Shown here: positions 12,130 through 24,300 of the stretch, piece by piece
Layout: the number at the start of each line of letters is the position of its first letter
How positions within the stretch are numbered: the stretch's first letter is position 1
DNA from: Azolla caroliniana
Taxonomy: Eukaryota > Plantae > Polypodiophyta
Direction: 5' to 3'
DNA length: 30,585 nt
NCBI GenBank assembly: GCA_043228905.1
Contig: JBHGNT010000372.1
Location: forward strand, 1 to 30,585
Notes under the pieces: model-generated
What the model was told of the DNA's origin: nothing
Seen by the model: only the letters and a program-made list of their open reading frames with translations
Database searches by the model: none
Made by a program: the position numbers and the translations under genes

Positions 12130-15100
12130 GTATCGAAGCTAATAACGCTAGCTATGATATAGAATTAAAAAATCAAGATTTTGAAACTCAGGCCGAGAGA
12201 CATGAAGAAACTAGCCAATTTGAGGAGGGACTTTAGAAGAGCCCGTGACTAAATTAAAATGTTCATACCTGGCTCGTGTGATATCGGATTTTTGTTTTCA
12301 AACATGCGTATCGAAGCTAACAACGCTAGCTATGATATAGAATTAAAAAATCGAGATTTTGAAACTCAGGTCGAGAGACATGACGAAATTAGCAAATTTG
12401 AGGAGGGACTTGAGAAGAGCGCGTGAGTCAATTAAAATGTTCATACCTGGCTCGTGTGATATCGGATTTTTGTGTTCAAACATGCGTATCGAAGCTAACA
12501 ACGCTAGCTATGATATGGAATTAAAAAATCAAGATTTTGAAACTCAGGTCGAGAGACATGAAGAAATTAGCAAATTTGAGGAGGGACTTGAGAAGAGCGC
12601 GTGAGCAAATTAAAATGTTCATACCTGGCTCGTGTGATATCGGATTTTTGTGTTCAAACATGCGGATCGAAGCTAACAACGCTAGCTATGATATCGAATT
12701 AAAAAATCGATATTTTGAAACTCAGGTCGAGAGACATGAAGAAATTAGCAAAATTGAGGAGGGACTTGAGAAGAGCGCGTGAGTCAATTAAAATGTTCAT
12801 ACCTGGCTCGTGTGCTATCGGACTTTTGTGTTCAAACATGCGTATCGAAGCTAACAACGCTAGCTATGATATAGATTTAAAAAATCGAGATTCTGAAACT
12901 CAGGTCGAGAGACATGAAGAAATTAGCAAATTTGGGGAGGGACTTGAGAAGAGCTCGTGACTAAATTAAAATGTTCATACCTGGGTCGTGTGATATCGGA
13001 TTTCTGTGTTCAAACATGCGTATCGAAGCTAACAACGCTAGCTATGATATCGAATTAAAAAATCAAGAATTTGAAACTCAGGTCGAGAGACATGAAGAAA
13101 TTAACCAATTTGAGGAGGGCCTTGAGAAGAGCGCGTGAGCAAATTAAAATGTTCATACCTGGTTCGTGTGATATCGGATTTTTCTGTTCAAACATGCGTA
13201 TCGAAGCTAATAACGCTAGCTATGATATAGAATTAAAAAATCAAGATTTTGAAACTCAGGCCGAGAGACATGAAGAAACTAGCCAATTTGAGGAGGGACT
13301 TTAGAAGAGCCCGTGACTAAATTAAAATGTTCATACCTGGCTCGTGTGATATCGGATTTTTGTTTTCAAACATGCGTATCGAAGCTAACAACGCTAGCTA
13401 TGATATAGAATTAAAAAATCGAGATTTTGAAACTCAGGTCGAGAGACATGACGAAATTAGCAAATTTGAGGAGGGACTTGAGAAGAGCGCGTGAGTCAAT
13501 TAAAATGTTCATACCTGGCTCGTGTGATATCGGATTTTTGTGTTCAAACATGCGTATCGAAGCTAACAACGCTAGCTATGATATGGGATTAAAAAATCAA
13601 GATTTTGAAACTCAGGTCGAGAGACATGAAGAAATTAGCAAATTTGAGGAGGGACTTGAGAAGAGCGCGTGAGCAAATTAAAATGTTCATACCTGGCTCG
13701 TGTGATATCGGATTTTTGTGTTCAAACATGCGGATCGAAGCTAACAACGCTAGCTATGATATCGAATTAAAAAATCGATATTTTAAAACTCAGGTCGAGA
13801 GACATGAAGAAATTAGCAAATTTGAGGAGGGACTTGAGAAGAGCGCGTGAGTCAATTAAAATGTTCATACCTGGCTCGTGTGCTATCGGACTTTTGTGTT
13901 CAAACATGCGTATCGAAGCTAACAACGCTAGCTATGATATAGATTTAAAAAATCGAGATTCTGAAACTCAGGTCGAGAGACATGAAGAAATTAGCAAATT
14001 TGGGGAGGGACTTGAGAAGAGCGCGTGAGCAAATTAAAATGTTCATACCTGGCTCGTGTGATATCGGATTTTTGTGTTCAAACATGCGTATCGAAGCTAA
14101 CAACGCTAGCTATGATATAGAATTAAAAAATCGAGATTTTGAAACTCAGGTCGAGAGACATGAAGAAATTAGCAAATTTGAGGAGGGACTTGAGAAGAGT
14201 ACGTGAGTCAATTAAAATGTTCATACCTGGCTCGTGTGCTATCGGATTTTTGTGTTCAAACATGCGTATCGAAGCTAACAACGCTAGCTATGATATAGAT
14301 TTAAAAAATCGAGATTCTGAAACTCAGGTCGAGAGACATGAAGAAATTAGCAAATTTGGGGAGGGACTTGAGAAGAGCGCGTGAGTCAATTAAAATGTTC
14401 ATACCTGGCTCGTGTGATATCGGATTTTTGTGTTCAAACATGCGTATCGAATCTAACAACGCTAGCTATGATATAGAATTAAAAAATCGAGATTTTGAAA
14501 CTCAGGTCGAGAGACATGAAGAAATTAACCAATTTGAGGAGGGCCTTGAGAAGAGCGCGTGAGTCAATTAAAATGTTCATACCTGACTCGTGTGATATCG
14601 GATTTTTGTGTTCAAACATGCGTATCGAAGCTAATAACGCTAGCTATGATATAGAATTAAAAAATCAAGATTTTGAAACTCAGGCCGAGAGACATGAAGA
14701 AACTAGCCAATTTGAGGAGGGACTTTAGAAGAGCCCGTGACTAAATTAAAATGTTCATACCTGGCTCGTGTGATATCGGATTTTTGTTTTCAAACATGCG
14801 TATCGAAGCTAACAACGCTAGCTATGATATAGAATTAAAAAATCGAGATTTTGAAACTCAGGTCGAGAGACATGACGAAATTAGCAAATTTGAGGAGGGA
14901 CTTGAGAAGAGCGCGTGAGTCAATTAAAATGTTCATACCTGGCTCGTGTGATATCGGATTTTTGTGTTCAAACATGCGTATCGAAGCTAACAACGCTAGC
15001 TATGATATGGAATTAAAAAATCAAGATTTTGAAACTCAGGTCGAGAGACATGAAGAAATTAGCAAATTTGAGGAGGGACTTGAGAAGAGCGCGTGAGCAA

Positions 15101-16580
15101 ATTAAAATGTTCATACCTGGCTCGTGTGATATCGGATTTTTGTGTTCAAACATGCGGATCGAAGCTAACAACGCTAGCTATGATATCGAATTAAAAAATC
15201 GATATTTTGAAACTCAGGTCGAGAGACATGAAGAAATTAGCAAATTTGAGGAGGGACTTGAGAAGAGCGCGTGAGTCAATTAAAATGTTCATACCTGGCT
15301 CGTGTGCTATCGGACTTTTGTGTTCAAACATGCGTATCGAAGCTAACAACGCTAGCTATGATATAGATTTAAAAAATCGAGATTCTGAAACTCAGGTCGA
15401 GAGACATGAAGAAATTAGCAAATTTGGGGAGGGACTTGAGAAGAGCTCGTGACTAAATTAAAATGTTCATACCTGGGTCGTGTGATATCGGATTTCTGTG
15501 TTCAAACATGCGTATCGAAGCTAACAACGCTAGCTATGATATCGAATTAAAAAATCAAGAATTTGAAACTCAGGTCGAGAGACATGAAGAAATTAACCAA
15601 TTTGAGGAGGGCCTTGAGAAGAGCGCGTGAGCAAATTAAAATGTTCATACCTGGTTCGTGTGATATCGGATTTTTGTGTTCAAACATGCGTATCGAAGCT
15701 AATAACGCTAGCTATGATATAGAATTAAAAAATCAAGATTTTGAAACTCAGGCCGAGAGACATGAAGAAACTAGCCAATTTGAGGAGGGACTTTAGAAGA
15801 GCCCGTGACTAAATTAAAATGTTCATACCTGGCTCGTGTGATATCGGATTTTTGTTTTCAAACATGCGTATCGAAGCTAACAACGCTAGCTATGATATAG
15901 AATTAAAAAATCGAGATTTTGAAACTCAGGTCGAGAGACATGACGAAATTAGCAAATTTGAGGAGGGACTTGAGAAGAGCGCGTGAGTCAATTAAAATGT
16001 TCATACCTGGCTCGTGTGATATCGGATTTTTGTGTTCAAACATGCGTATCGAAGCTAACAACGCTAGCTATGATATGGGATTAAAAAATCAAGATTTTGA
16101 AACTCAGGTCGAGAGACATGAAGAAATTAGCAAATTTGAGGAGGGACTTGAGAAGAGCGCGTGAGCAAATTAAAATGTTCATACCTGGCTCGTGTGATAT
16201 CGGATTTTTGTGTTCAAACATGCGGATCGAAGCTAACAACGCTAGCTATGATATCGAATTAAAAAATCGATATTTTAAAACTCAGGTCGAGAGACATGAA
16301 GAAATTAGCAAATTTGAGGAGGGACTTGAGAAGAGCGCGTGAGTCAATTAAAATGTTCATACCTGGCTCGTGTGCTATCGGACTTTTGTGTTCAAACATG
16401 CGTATCGAAGCTAACAACGCTAGCTATGATATAGATTTAAAAAATCGAGATTCTGAAACTCAGGTCGAGAGACATGAAGAAATTAGCAAATTTGGGGAGG
16501 GACTTGAGAAGAGCGCGTGAGCAAATTAAAATGTTCATACCTGGCTCGTGTGATATCGGATTTTTGTGTTCAAACATGCG
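12130..16580. repeat. Higher-order periodicity of 14 monomers (2492 bp), built from alternating 6- and 8-monomer sub-blocks; boundaries approximate
   Basis: ORF variants pair at +2492: 12359/14851, 12715/15207, 13071/15563, 13427/15919, 13605/16097, 13804/16296. Monomers carrying TTAACCAATT fall at ORF starts 12003, 13071, 14495 and 15563, i.e. spacings of 6, 8 and 6 monomers. Confidence 0.8.
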
Positions 16581-16700
16581 TATCGAATCTAACAACGCTA
16601 GCTATGATATAGAATTAAAAAATCGAGATTTTGAAACTCAGGTCGAGAGAAATGAAGAAATTAGCAAATTTGAGGAGGGACTTGAGAAGAGCGCGTGAGT

Positions 16701-18500
16701 CAAATTAAAATGTTCATACCTGGCTCGTGTGATATCGGATTTTTGTATTGAAACATGCGGATCGAAGCTAACAACGCTAGCTATGATATAGAATTAAAAA
16801 ATCGAGATTCTGAAACTCAGGTCGAGAGACATGAAGAAATTAGCAAATTTGAGGAGGGACTTGAGAAGAGCGCGTGAGTCAATTAAAATGTTCATACCTG
16901 ACTCGTGTGATATCGGATTTTTGTGTTCAAACATGCGTATCGAAGCTAACAACGCTAGCTATGATATAGAATTAAAAAATCGATATTTTGAAACTCAGGT
17001 CGAGAGACATGAAGAAATTAGCAAATTTGAGGAGGGACTTGAGAAGAGCGCGTGAGTCAATTAAAATGTTCATACCTGGCTCGTGTGCTATCGGATTTTT
17101 GTTTTCAAACATGCGTATTGAAGCTAACAACGCTAGCTATGATATAGATTTAAATAATCGAGATTCTGAAACTCAGGTCGAGAGACATGAAGAAATTAGC
17201 AAATTTGGGAAGGGACTTGAGAAGAGCGCGTGAGTCAATTAAAATGTTCATACCTGGCTCGTGTGATATCGGATTTTTGTGTTCAAACATGCGTATCGAA
17301 GCTAACAACGCTAGCTATGATATAGAATTAAAAAATCGAGATTCTGAAACTCAGGTCGAGAGACATGAAGAAATTAGCAAATTTGAGGAGGGACTTGAGA
17401 AGAGCGCGTGAGCAAATTAAAATGTTCATACCTGGCTCCTGTGCTATCGGATTTTTGTTTTCAAACATGCGTATTGAAGCTAACAACGCTAGCTATGATA
17501 TAGATTTAAATAATCGAGATTCTGAAACTCAGGTCGAGAGACATGAAGAAATTAGCAAATTTGAGGAGGGACTTGAGAAGAGCGCGTGAGTCAATTAAAA
17601 TGTTCATACCTGACTCGTGTGATATCGGATTTTTGTGTTCAAACATGCGTATCGAAGCTAACAACGCTAGCTATGATATCGAATTAAAAAATCAAGAATT
17701 TGAAACTCAGGTCGAGAGACATGAAGAAATTAACCAATTTGAGGAGGGACTTGAGAAGAGCGCGTGAGCAAATTAAAATGTTCATACCTGGTTCGTGTGA
17801 TATCGGATTTTTGTGTTCAAACATGCGTATCGAAGCTAATAACGCTAGCTATGATATAGAATTAAAAAATCAAGATTTTGAAACTCAGGCCGAGAGACAT
17901 GAAGAAACTAGCCAATTTGAGGAGGGACTTTAGAAGAGCCCGTGACTAAATTAAAATGTTCATACCTGGCTCGTGTGATATCGGATTTTTGTTTTCAAAC
18001 ATGCGTATCGAAGCTAACAACGCTAGCTATGATATAGAATTAAAAAATCGAGATTTTGAAACTCAGGTCGAGAGACATGACGAAATTAGCAAATTTGAGG
18101 AGGGACTTGAGAAGAGCGCGTGAGTCAATTAAAATGTTCATACCTGGCTCGTGTGATATCGGATTTTTGTGTTCAAACATGCGTATCGAAGCTAACAACG
18201 CTAGCTATGATATGGAATTAAAAAATCAAGATTTTGAAACTCAGGTCGAGAGACATGAAGAAATTAGCAAATTTGAGGAGGGACTTGAGAAGAGCGCGTG
18301 AGCAAATTAAAATGTTCATACCTGGCTCGTGTGATATCGGATTTTTGTGTTCAAACATGCGGATCGAAGCTAACAACGCTAGCTATGATATCGAATTAAA
18401 AAATCGATATTTTGAAACTCAGGTCGAGAGACATGAAGAAATTAGCAAATTTGAGGAGGGACTTGAGAAGAGCGCGTGAGTCAATTAAAATGTTCATACC
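16701..18500. repeat. About 10-monomer duplicate of ~11030-12810
   Basis: Offset is 5697 bp after the 26-bp deletion. Shared rare variants include TTTGTATTGAAAC, TTTAAATAATCG, TTTGGGAAGGG and GGCTCCTGTGC. ORF pairs 11291/16988, 11668/17365, 12537/18234. Confidence 0.85.
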
Positions 18501-18659
18501 TGGCTCGTGTGATATCGGATTTTTGTGTTGAAACATGCGTATCGAAGCTAACAACGCTAGCTATGATATGGAATTAAAAAATCAAGATTTTAAAACTCAG
18601 GTCGAGAGACATGAAGAAATTAGAAAATTTGAGGAGGGACTTGAGAAGAGCGCGTGAGC

Positions 18660-21329
18660 AAATTAAAATGTTCATACCTGGCTCGTGTGATATCGGATTT
18701 TTGTGTTCAAACATGCGTATCGAAGCTAACAACGCTAGCTATGATATAGAATTAAAAAATCGAGATTTTGAAACTCAGGTCGAGAGACATGAAGAAATTA
18801 GCAAATTTGAGGAGGGACTTGAGAAGAGTACGTGAGTCAATTAAAATGTTCATACCTGGCTCGTGTGCTATCGGATTTTTGTGTTCAAACATGCGTATCG
18901 AAGCTAACAACGCTAGCTATGATATAGATTTAAAAAATCGAGATTCTGAAACTCAGGTCGAGAGACATGAAGAAATTAGCAAATTTGGGGAGGGACTTGA
19001 GAAGAGCGCGTGAGTCAATTAAAATGTTCATACCTGGCTCGTGTGATATCGGATTTTTGTGTTCAAACATGCGTATCGAATCTAACAACGCTAGCTATGA
19101 TATAGAATTAAAAAATCGAGATTTTGAAACTCAGGTCGAGAGACATGAAGAAATTAACCAATTTGAGGAGGGCCTTGAGAAGAGCGCGTGAGTCAATTAA
19201 AATGTTCATACCTGACTCGTGTGATATCGGATTTTTGTGTTCAAACATGCGTATCGAAGCTAATAACGCTAGCTATGATATAGAATTAAAAAATCAAGAT
19301 TTTGAAACTCAGGCCGAGAGACATGAAGAAACTAGCCAATTTGAGGAGGGACTTTAGAAGAGCCCGTGACTAAATTAAAATGTTCATACCTGGCTCGTGT
19401 GATATCGGATTTTTGTTTTCAAACATGCGTATCGAAGCTAACAACGCTAGCTATGATATAGAATTAAAAAATCGAGATTTTGAAACTCAGGTCGAGAGAC
19501 ATGACGAAATTAGCAAATTTGAGGAGGGACTTGAGAAGAGCGCGTGAGTCAATTAAAATGTTCATACCTGGCTCGTGTGATATCGGATTTTTGTGTTCAA
19601 ACATGCGTATCGAAGCTAACAACGCTAGCTATGATATGGAATTAAAAAATCAAGATTTTGAAACTCAGGTCGAGAGACATGAAGAAATTAGCAAATTTGA
19701 GGAGGGACTTGAGAAGAGCGCGTGAGCAAATTAAAATGTTCATACCTGGCTCGTGTGATATCGGATTTTTGTGTTCAAACATGCGGATCGAAGCTAACAA
19801 CGCTAGCTATGATATCGAATTAAAAAATCGATATTTTGAAACTCAGGTCGAGAGACATGAAGAAATTAGCAAATTTGAGGAGGGACTTGAGAAGAGCGCG
19901 TGAGTCAATTAAAATGTTCATACCTGGCTCGTGTGCTATCGGACTTTTGTGTTCAAACATGCGTATCGAAGCTAACAACGCTAGCTATGATATAGATTTA
20001 AAAAATCGAGATTCTGAAACTCAGGTCGAGAGACATGAAGAAATTAGCAAATTTGGGGAGGGACTTGAGAAGAGCTCGTGACTAAATTAAAATGTTCATA
20101 CCTGGGTCGTGTGATATCGGATTTCTGTGTTCAAACATGCGTATCGAAGCTAACAACGCTAGCTATGATATCGAATTAAAAAATCAAGAATTTGAAACTC
20201 AGGTCGAGAGACATGAAGAAATTAACCAATTTGAGGAGGGCCTTGAGAAGAGCGCGTGAGCAAATTAAAATGTTCATACCTGGTTCGTGTGATATCGGAT
20301 TTTTGTGTTCAAACATGCGTATCGAAGCTAATAACGCTAGCTATGATATAGAATTAAAAAATCAAGATTTTGAAACTCAGGCCGAGAGACATGAAGAAAC
20401 TAGCCAATTTGAGGAGGGACTTTAGAAGAGCCCGTGACTAAATTAAAATGTTCATACCTGGCTCGTGTGATATCGGATTTTTGTTTTCAAACATGCGTAT
20501 CGAAGCTAACAACGCTAGCTATGATATAGAATTAAAAAATCGAGATTTTGAAACTCAGGTCGAGAGACATGACGAAATTAGCAAATTTGAGGAGGGACTT
20601 GAGAAGAGCGCGTGAGTCAATTAAAATGTTCATACCTGGCTCGTGTGATATCGGATTTTTGTGTTCAAACATGCGTATCGAAGCTAACAACGCTAGCTAT
20701 GATATGGGATTAAAAAATCAAGATTTTGAAACTCAGGTCGAGAGACATGAAGAAATTAGCAAATTTGAGGAGGGACTTGAGAAGAGCGCGTGAGCAAATT
20801 AAAATGTTCATACCTGGCTCGTGTGATATCGGATTTTTGTGTTCAAACATGCGGATCGAAGCTAACAACGCTAGCTATGATATCGAATTAAAAAATCGAT
20901 ATTTTAAAACTCAGGTCGAGAGACATGAAGAAATTAGCAAATTTGAGGAGGGACTTGAGAAGAGCGCGTGAGTCAATTAAAATGTTCATACCTGGCTCGT
21001 GTGCTATCGGACTTTTGTGTTCAAACATGCGTATCGAAGCTAACAACGCTAGCTATGATATAGATTTAAAAAATCGAGATTCTGAAACTCAGGTCGAGAG
21101 ACATGAAGAAATTAGCAAATTTGGGGAGGGACTTGAGAAGAGCGCGTGAGCAAATTAAAATGTTCATACCTGGCTCGTGTGATATCGGATTTTTGTGTTC
21201 AAACATGCGTATCGAATCTAACAACGCTAGCTATGATATAGAATTAAAAAATCGAGATTTTGAAACTCAGGTCGAGAGAAATGAAGAAATTAGCAAATTT
21301 GAGGAGGGACTTGAGAAGAGCGCGTGAGT
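18660..21329. repeat. About 15-monomer duplicate of ~14030-16700
   Basis: Offset is 4629 bp (26x178+1). Eleven consecutive ORF variants match, from 14139/18768 to 16474/21103. The GAGTACGT variant is at 14200/18829. Confidence 0.85.
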
Positions 21330-24300
21330 CAATTAAAATGTTCATACCTGGCTCGTGTGATATCGGATTTTCGTGTTCAAACATGCGTATCAAAGCTAAC
21401 AACACTAGCTACGATATCGAATTAAAAAATCGAGATTTTAAAACTCAGGTCGAGAGACATGAAGAAATTAGAAAATTTGAGGAGGGACTTGAGAAGAGCG
21501 CGTGAGCAAATTAAAATGTTCATACCTGGCTCGTGTGATATCGGATTTTTGTGTTCAAACATGCGTATCGAAGCTAACAACGGTAGCTATGATATAGAAT
21601 TAAAAAATCAAGATTCTGAAACTCAGGTCGAGAGACATGAAGAAATTAGCAAATTTCAGGAGGGACTTGAGAAGAGCGCGTGAGCAAATTAAAATGTTCA
21701 TACCTGGGTCGTGGTATATCGGATTTTTGTGTTCAAACATGCGTATCGAAGCTAACAACGCTAGCTATGATCTAGAATTAAAAAATCAAGATTTTGAAAG
21801 TCAGGGCGAGAGACATGAAGAAATTAGCAAATTTGAGGAGGCACTTTAGAAGAGCTCGTGACTAAATTAAAATGTTCATAGCTGGGTCGTGTGATATCGG
21901 ATTTTTGTGTTCAAACATGCGTATCGAAGCTAACAACGCTAGCTATGATATAGAATTAAAAAATCGAGATTCTGAAACTCAGGTCCAGAGACATGAAGAA
22001 ATTAGCAAATTTGAGGAGAGACTTGAGAAGAGCGCGTGAGTCAATTAAAATGTTCATACCTGACTCGTGTGATATCGGATTTTTGTGTTCAAACATGCGT
22101 ATCGAAGCTAACAACGCTAGTTATGATCTAGAATTAAAAAATCAAGATTTTGAAAGTCAGGCCGAGAGACATGAAGAAATTAGCAAATTTGAGGAGGCAC
22201 TTTAGAAGAGCTCGTGACTAAATTAAAATGTTCATACCTGGGTCGTGTGATATCGGATTTCTGTGTTCAAACATGCGTATCGAAGCTAACAACGCTAGCT
22301 ATGATATCGAATTAAAAAATCAAGAATTTGAAACTCAGGTCGAGAGACATGAAGAAATTAACCAATTTGAGAAGGGACTTGAGAAGAGCGCGTGAGCAAA
22401 TTAAAATGTTCATACCTGGTTCGTGTGATATCGGATTTTTGTGTTCAAACATGCGTATCGAAGCTAATAACGCTAGCTATGATATAGAATTAAAAAATCA
22501 AGATTTTGAAACTCAGGCCGAGAGACATGAAGAAATTAGCCAATTTGAGGAGGGACTTTAGAAGAGCCCGTGACTAAATTAAAATGTTCATACCTGGCTC
22601 GTGTGATATCGGATTTTTGTTTTCAAACATGCGTATCGAAGCTAACAACGCTAGCTATGATATAGAATTAAAAAATCGAGATTTTGAAACTCAGGTCGAG
22701 ACACATGACGAAATTAGCAAATTTGAGGAGGGACTTGAGAAGAGCGCGTGAGTCAATTAAAATGTTCATACCTGGTTCGTGTGATATCCGATTTTTGTGT
22801 TGAAACATGCGGATCGAAGCTAACAACGCTAGCTATGATATAGAATTAAAAAATCGAGATTCTGAAACTCAGGTCGAGAGACATGAAGAAATTAGCAAAT
22901 TTGAGGAGGGACTTGAGAAGAGCGCGTGAGTCAATTAAAATGTTCATACCTGACTCGTGTGATATCGGATTTTTGTGTTCAAACATGCGTATCGAAGCTA
23001 ACAACGCTAGCTATGATATAGAATTAAAAAATCGAGATTTTGAAACTCAGGTCGAGAGACATGAAGAAATTAGCAAATTTGAGGAGGGACTTGAGAAGAG
23101 CGCGTGAGTCAATTAAAATGTTCATACCTGGCTCGTGTGCTATCGGATTTTTGTGTTCAAACATGCGTATCGAAGCTAACAACGCTAGCTATGACATAGA
23201 TTTAAAAAATCGAGATTCTGAAACTCAGGTCGAGAGACATGAAGAAATTAGCAAATTTGGGGAGGGACTTGAGAAGAGCGCGTGAGCAAATTAAAATGTT
23301 CATACCTGGCTCGTGTGATATCGGATTTTTGTGTTCAAACATGCGTATCGAATCTAACAACGCTAGCTATGATATAGAATTAAAAAATCGAGATTTTGAA
23401 ACTCAGGTCGAGAGAAATGAAGAAATTAGCAAATTTGAGGAGGGACTTGAGAAGAGCGCGTGAGTCAATTAAAATGTTCATACCTGGCTCGTGTGATATC
23501 GGATTTTCGTGTTCAAACATGCCTATCAAAGCTAACAACACTAGCTACGATATCGAATTAAAAAATCGAGATTTTGAAACTCAGGTCGAGAGACATGAAG
23601 AAATTAGAAAATTTGAGGAGGGACTTGAGAAGAGCGCGTGAGCAAATTAAAATGTTCATACCTGGCTCGTGTGATATCGGATTTTTCTGTTCAAACATGC
23701 GTATCGAAGCTAACAACGGTAGCTATGATATAGAATTAAAAAATCAAGATTCTGAAATTCAGGTCGAGAGACATGAAGAAATTAGCAAATTTGAGGAGGG
23801 ACTTGAGAAGAGCGCGTGAGTCAATTAAAATGTTCATACCTGGGTCGTGGTATATCGGATTTTTGTGTTCAAACATGCGTATCGAATCTAACAACGCTAG
23901 CTATGATATAGAATTAAAAAATCGAGATTTTGAAACTCAGGTCGAGAGAAATGAAGAAATTAGCAAATTTGAGGAGGGACTTGAGAAGAGCGCGTGAGTC
24001 AATTAAAATGTTCATACCTGGCTCGTGTGATATCGGATTTTCGTGTTCAAACATGCGTATCAAAGCTAACAACACTAGCTACGATATCGAATTAAAAAAT
24101 CGAGATTTTAAAACTCAGGTCGAGAGACATGAAGAAATTAGAAAATTTGAGGAGGGACTTGAGAAGAGCGCGTGAGCAAATTAAAATGTTCATACCTGGC
24201 TCGTGTGATATCGGATTTTTGTGTTCAAACATGCGTATCGAAGCTAACAACGGTAGCTATGATATAGAATTAAAAAATCAAGATTCTGAAACTCAGGTCG

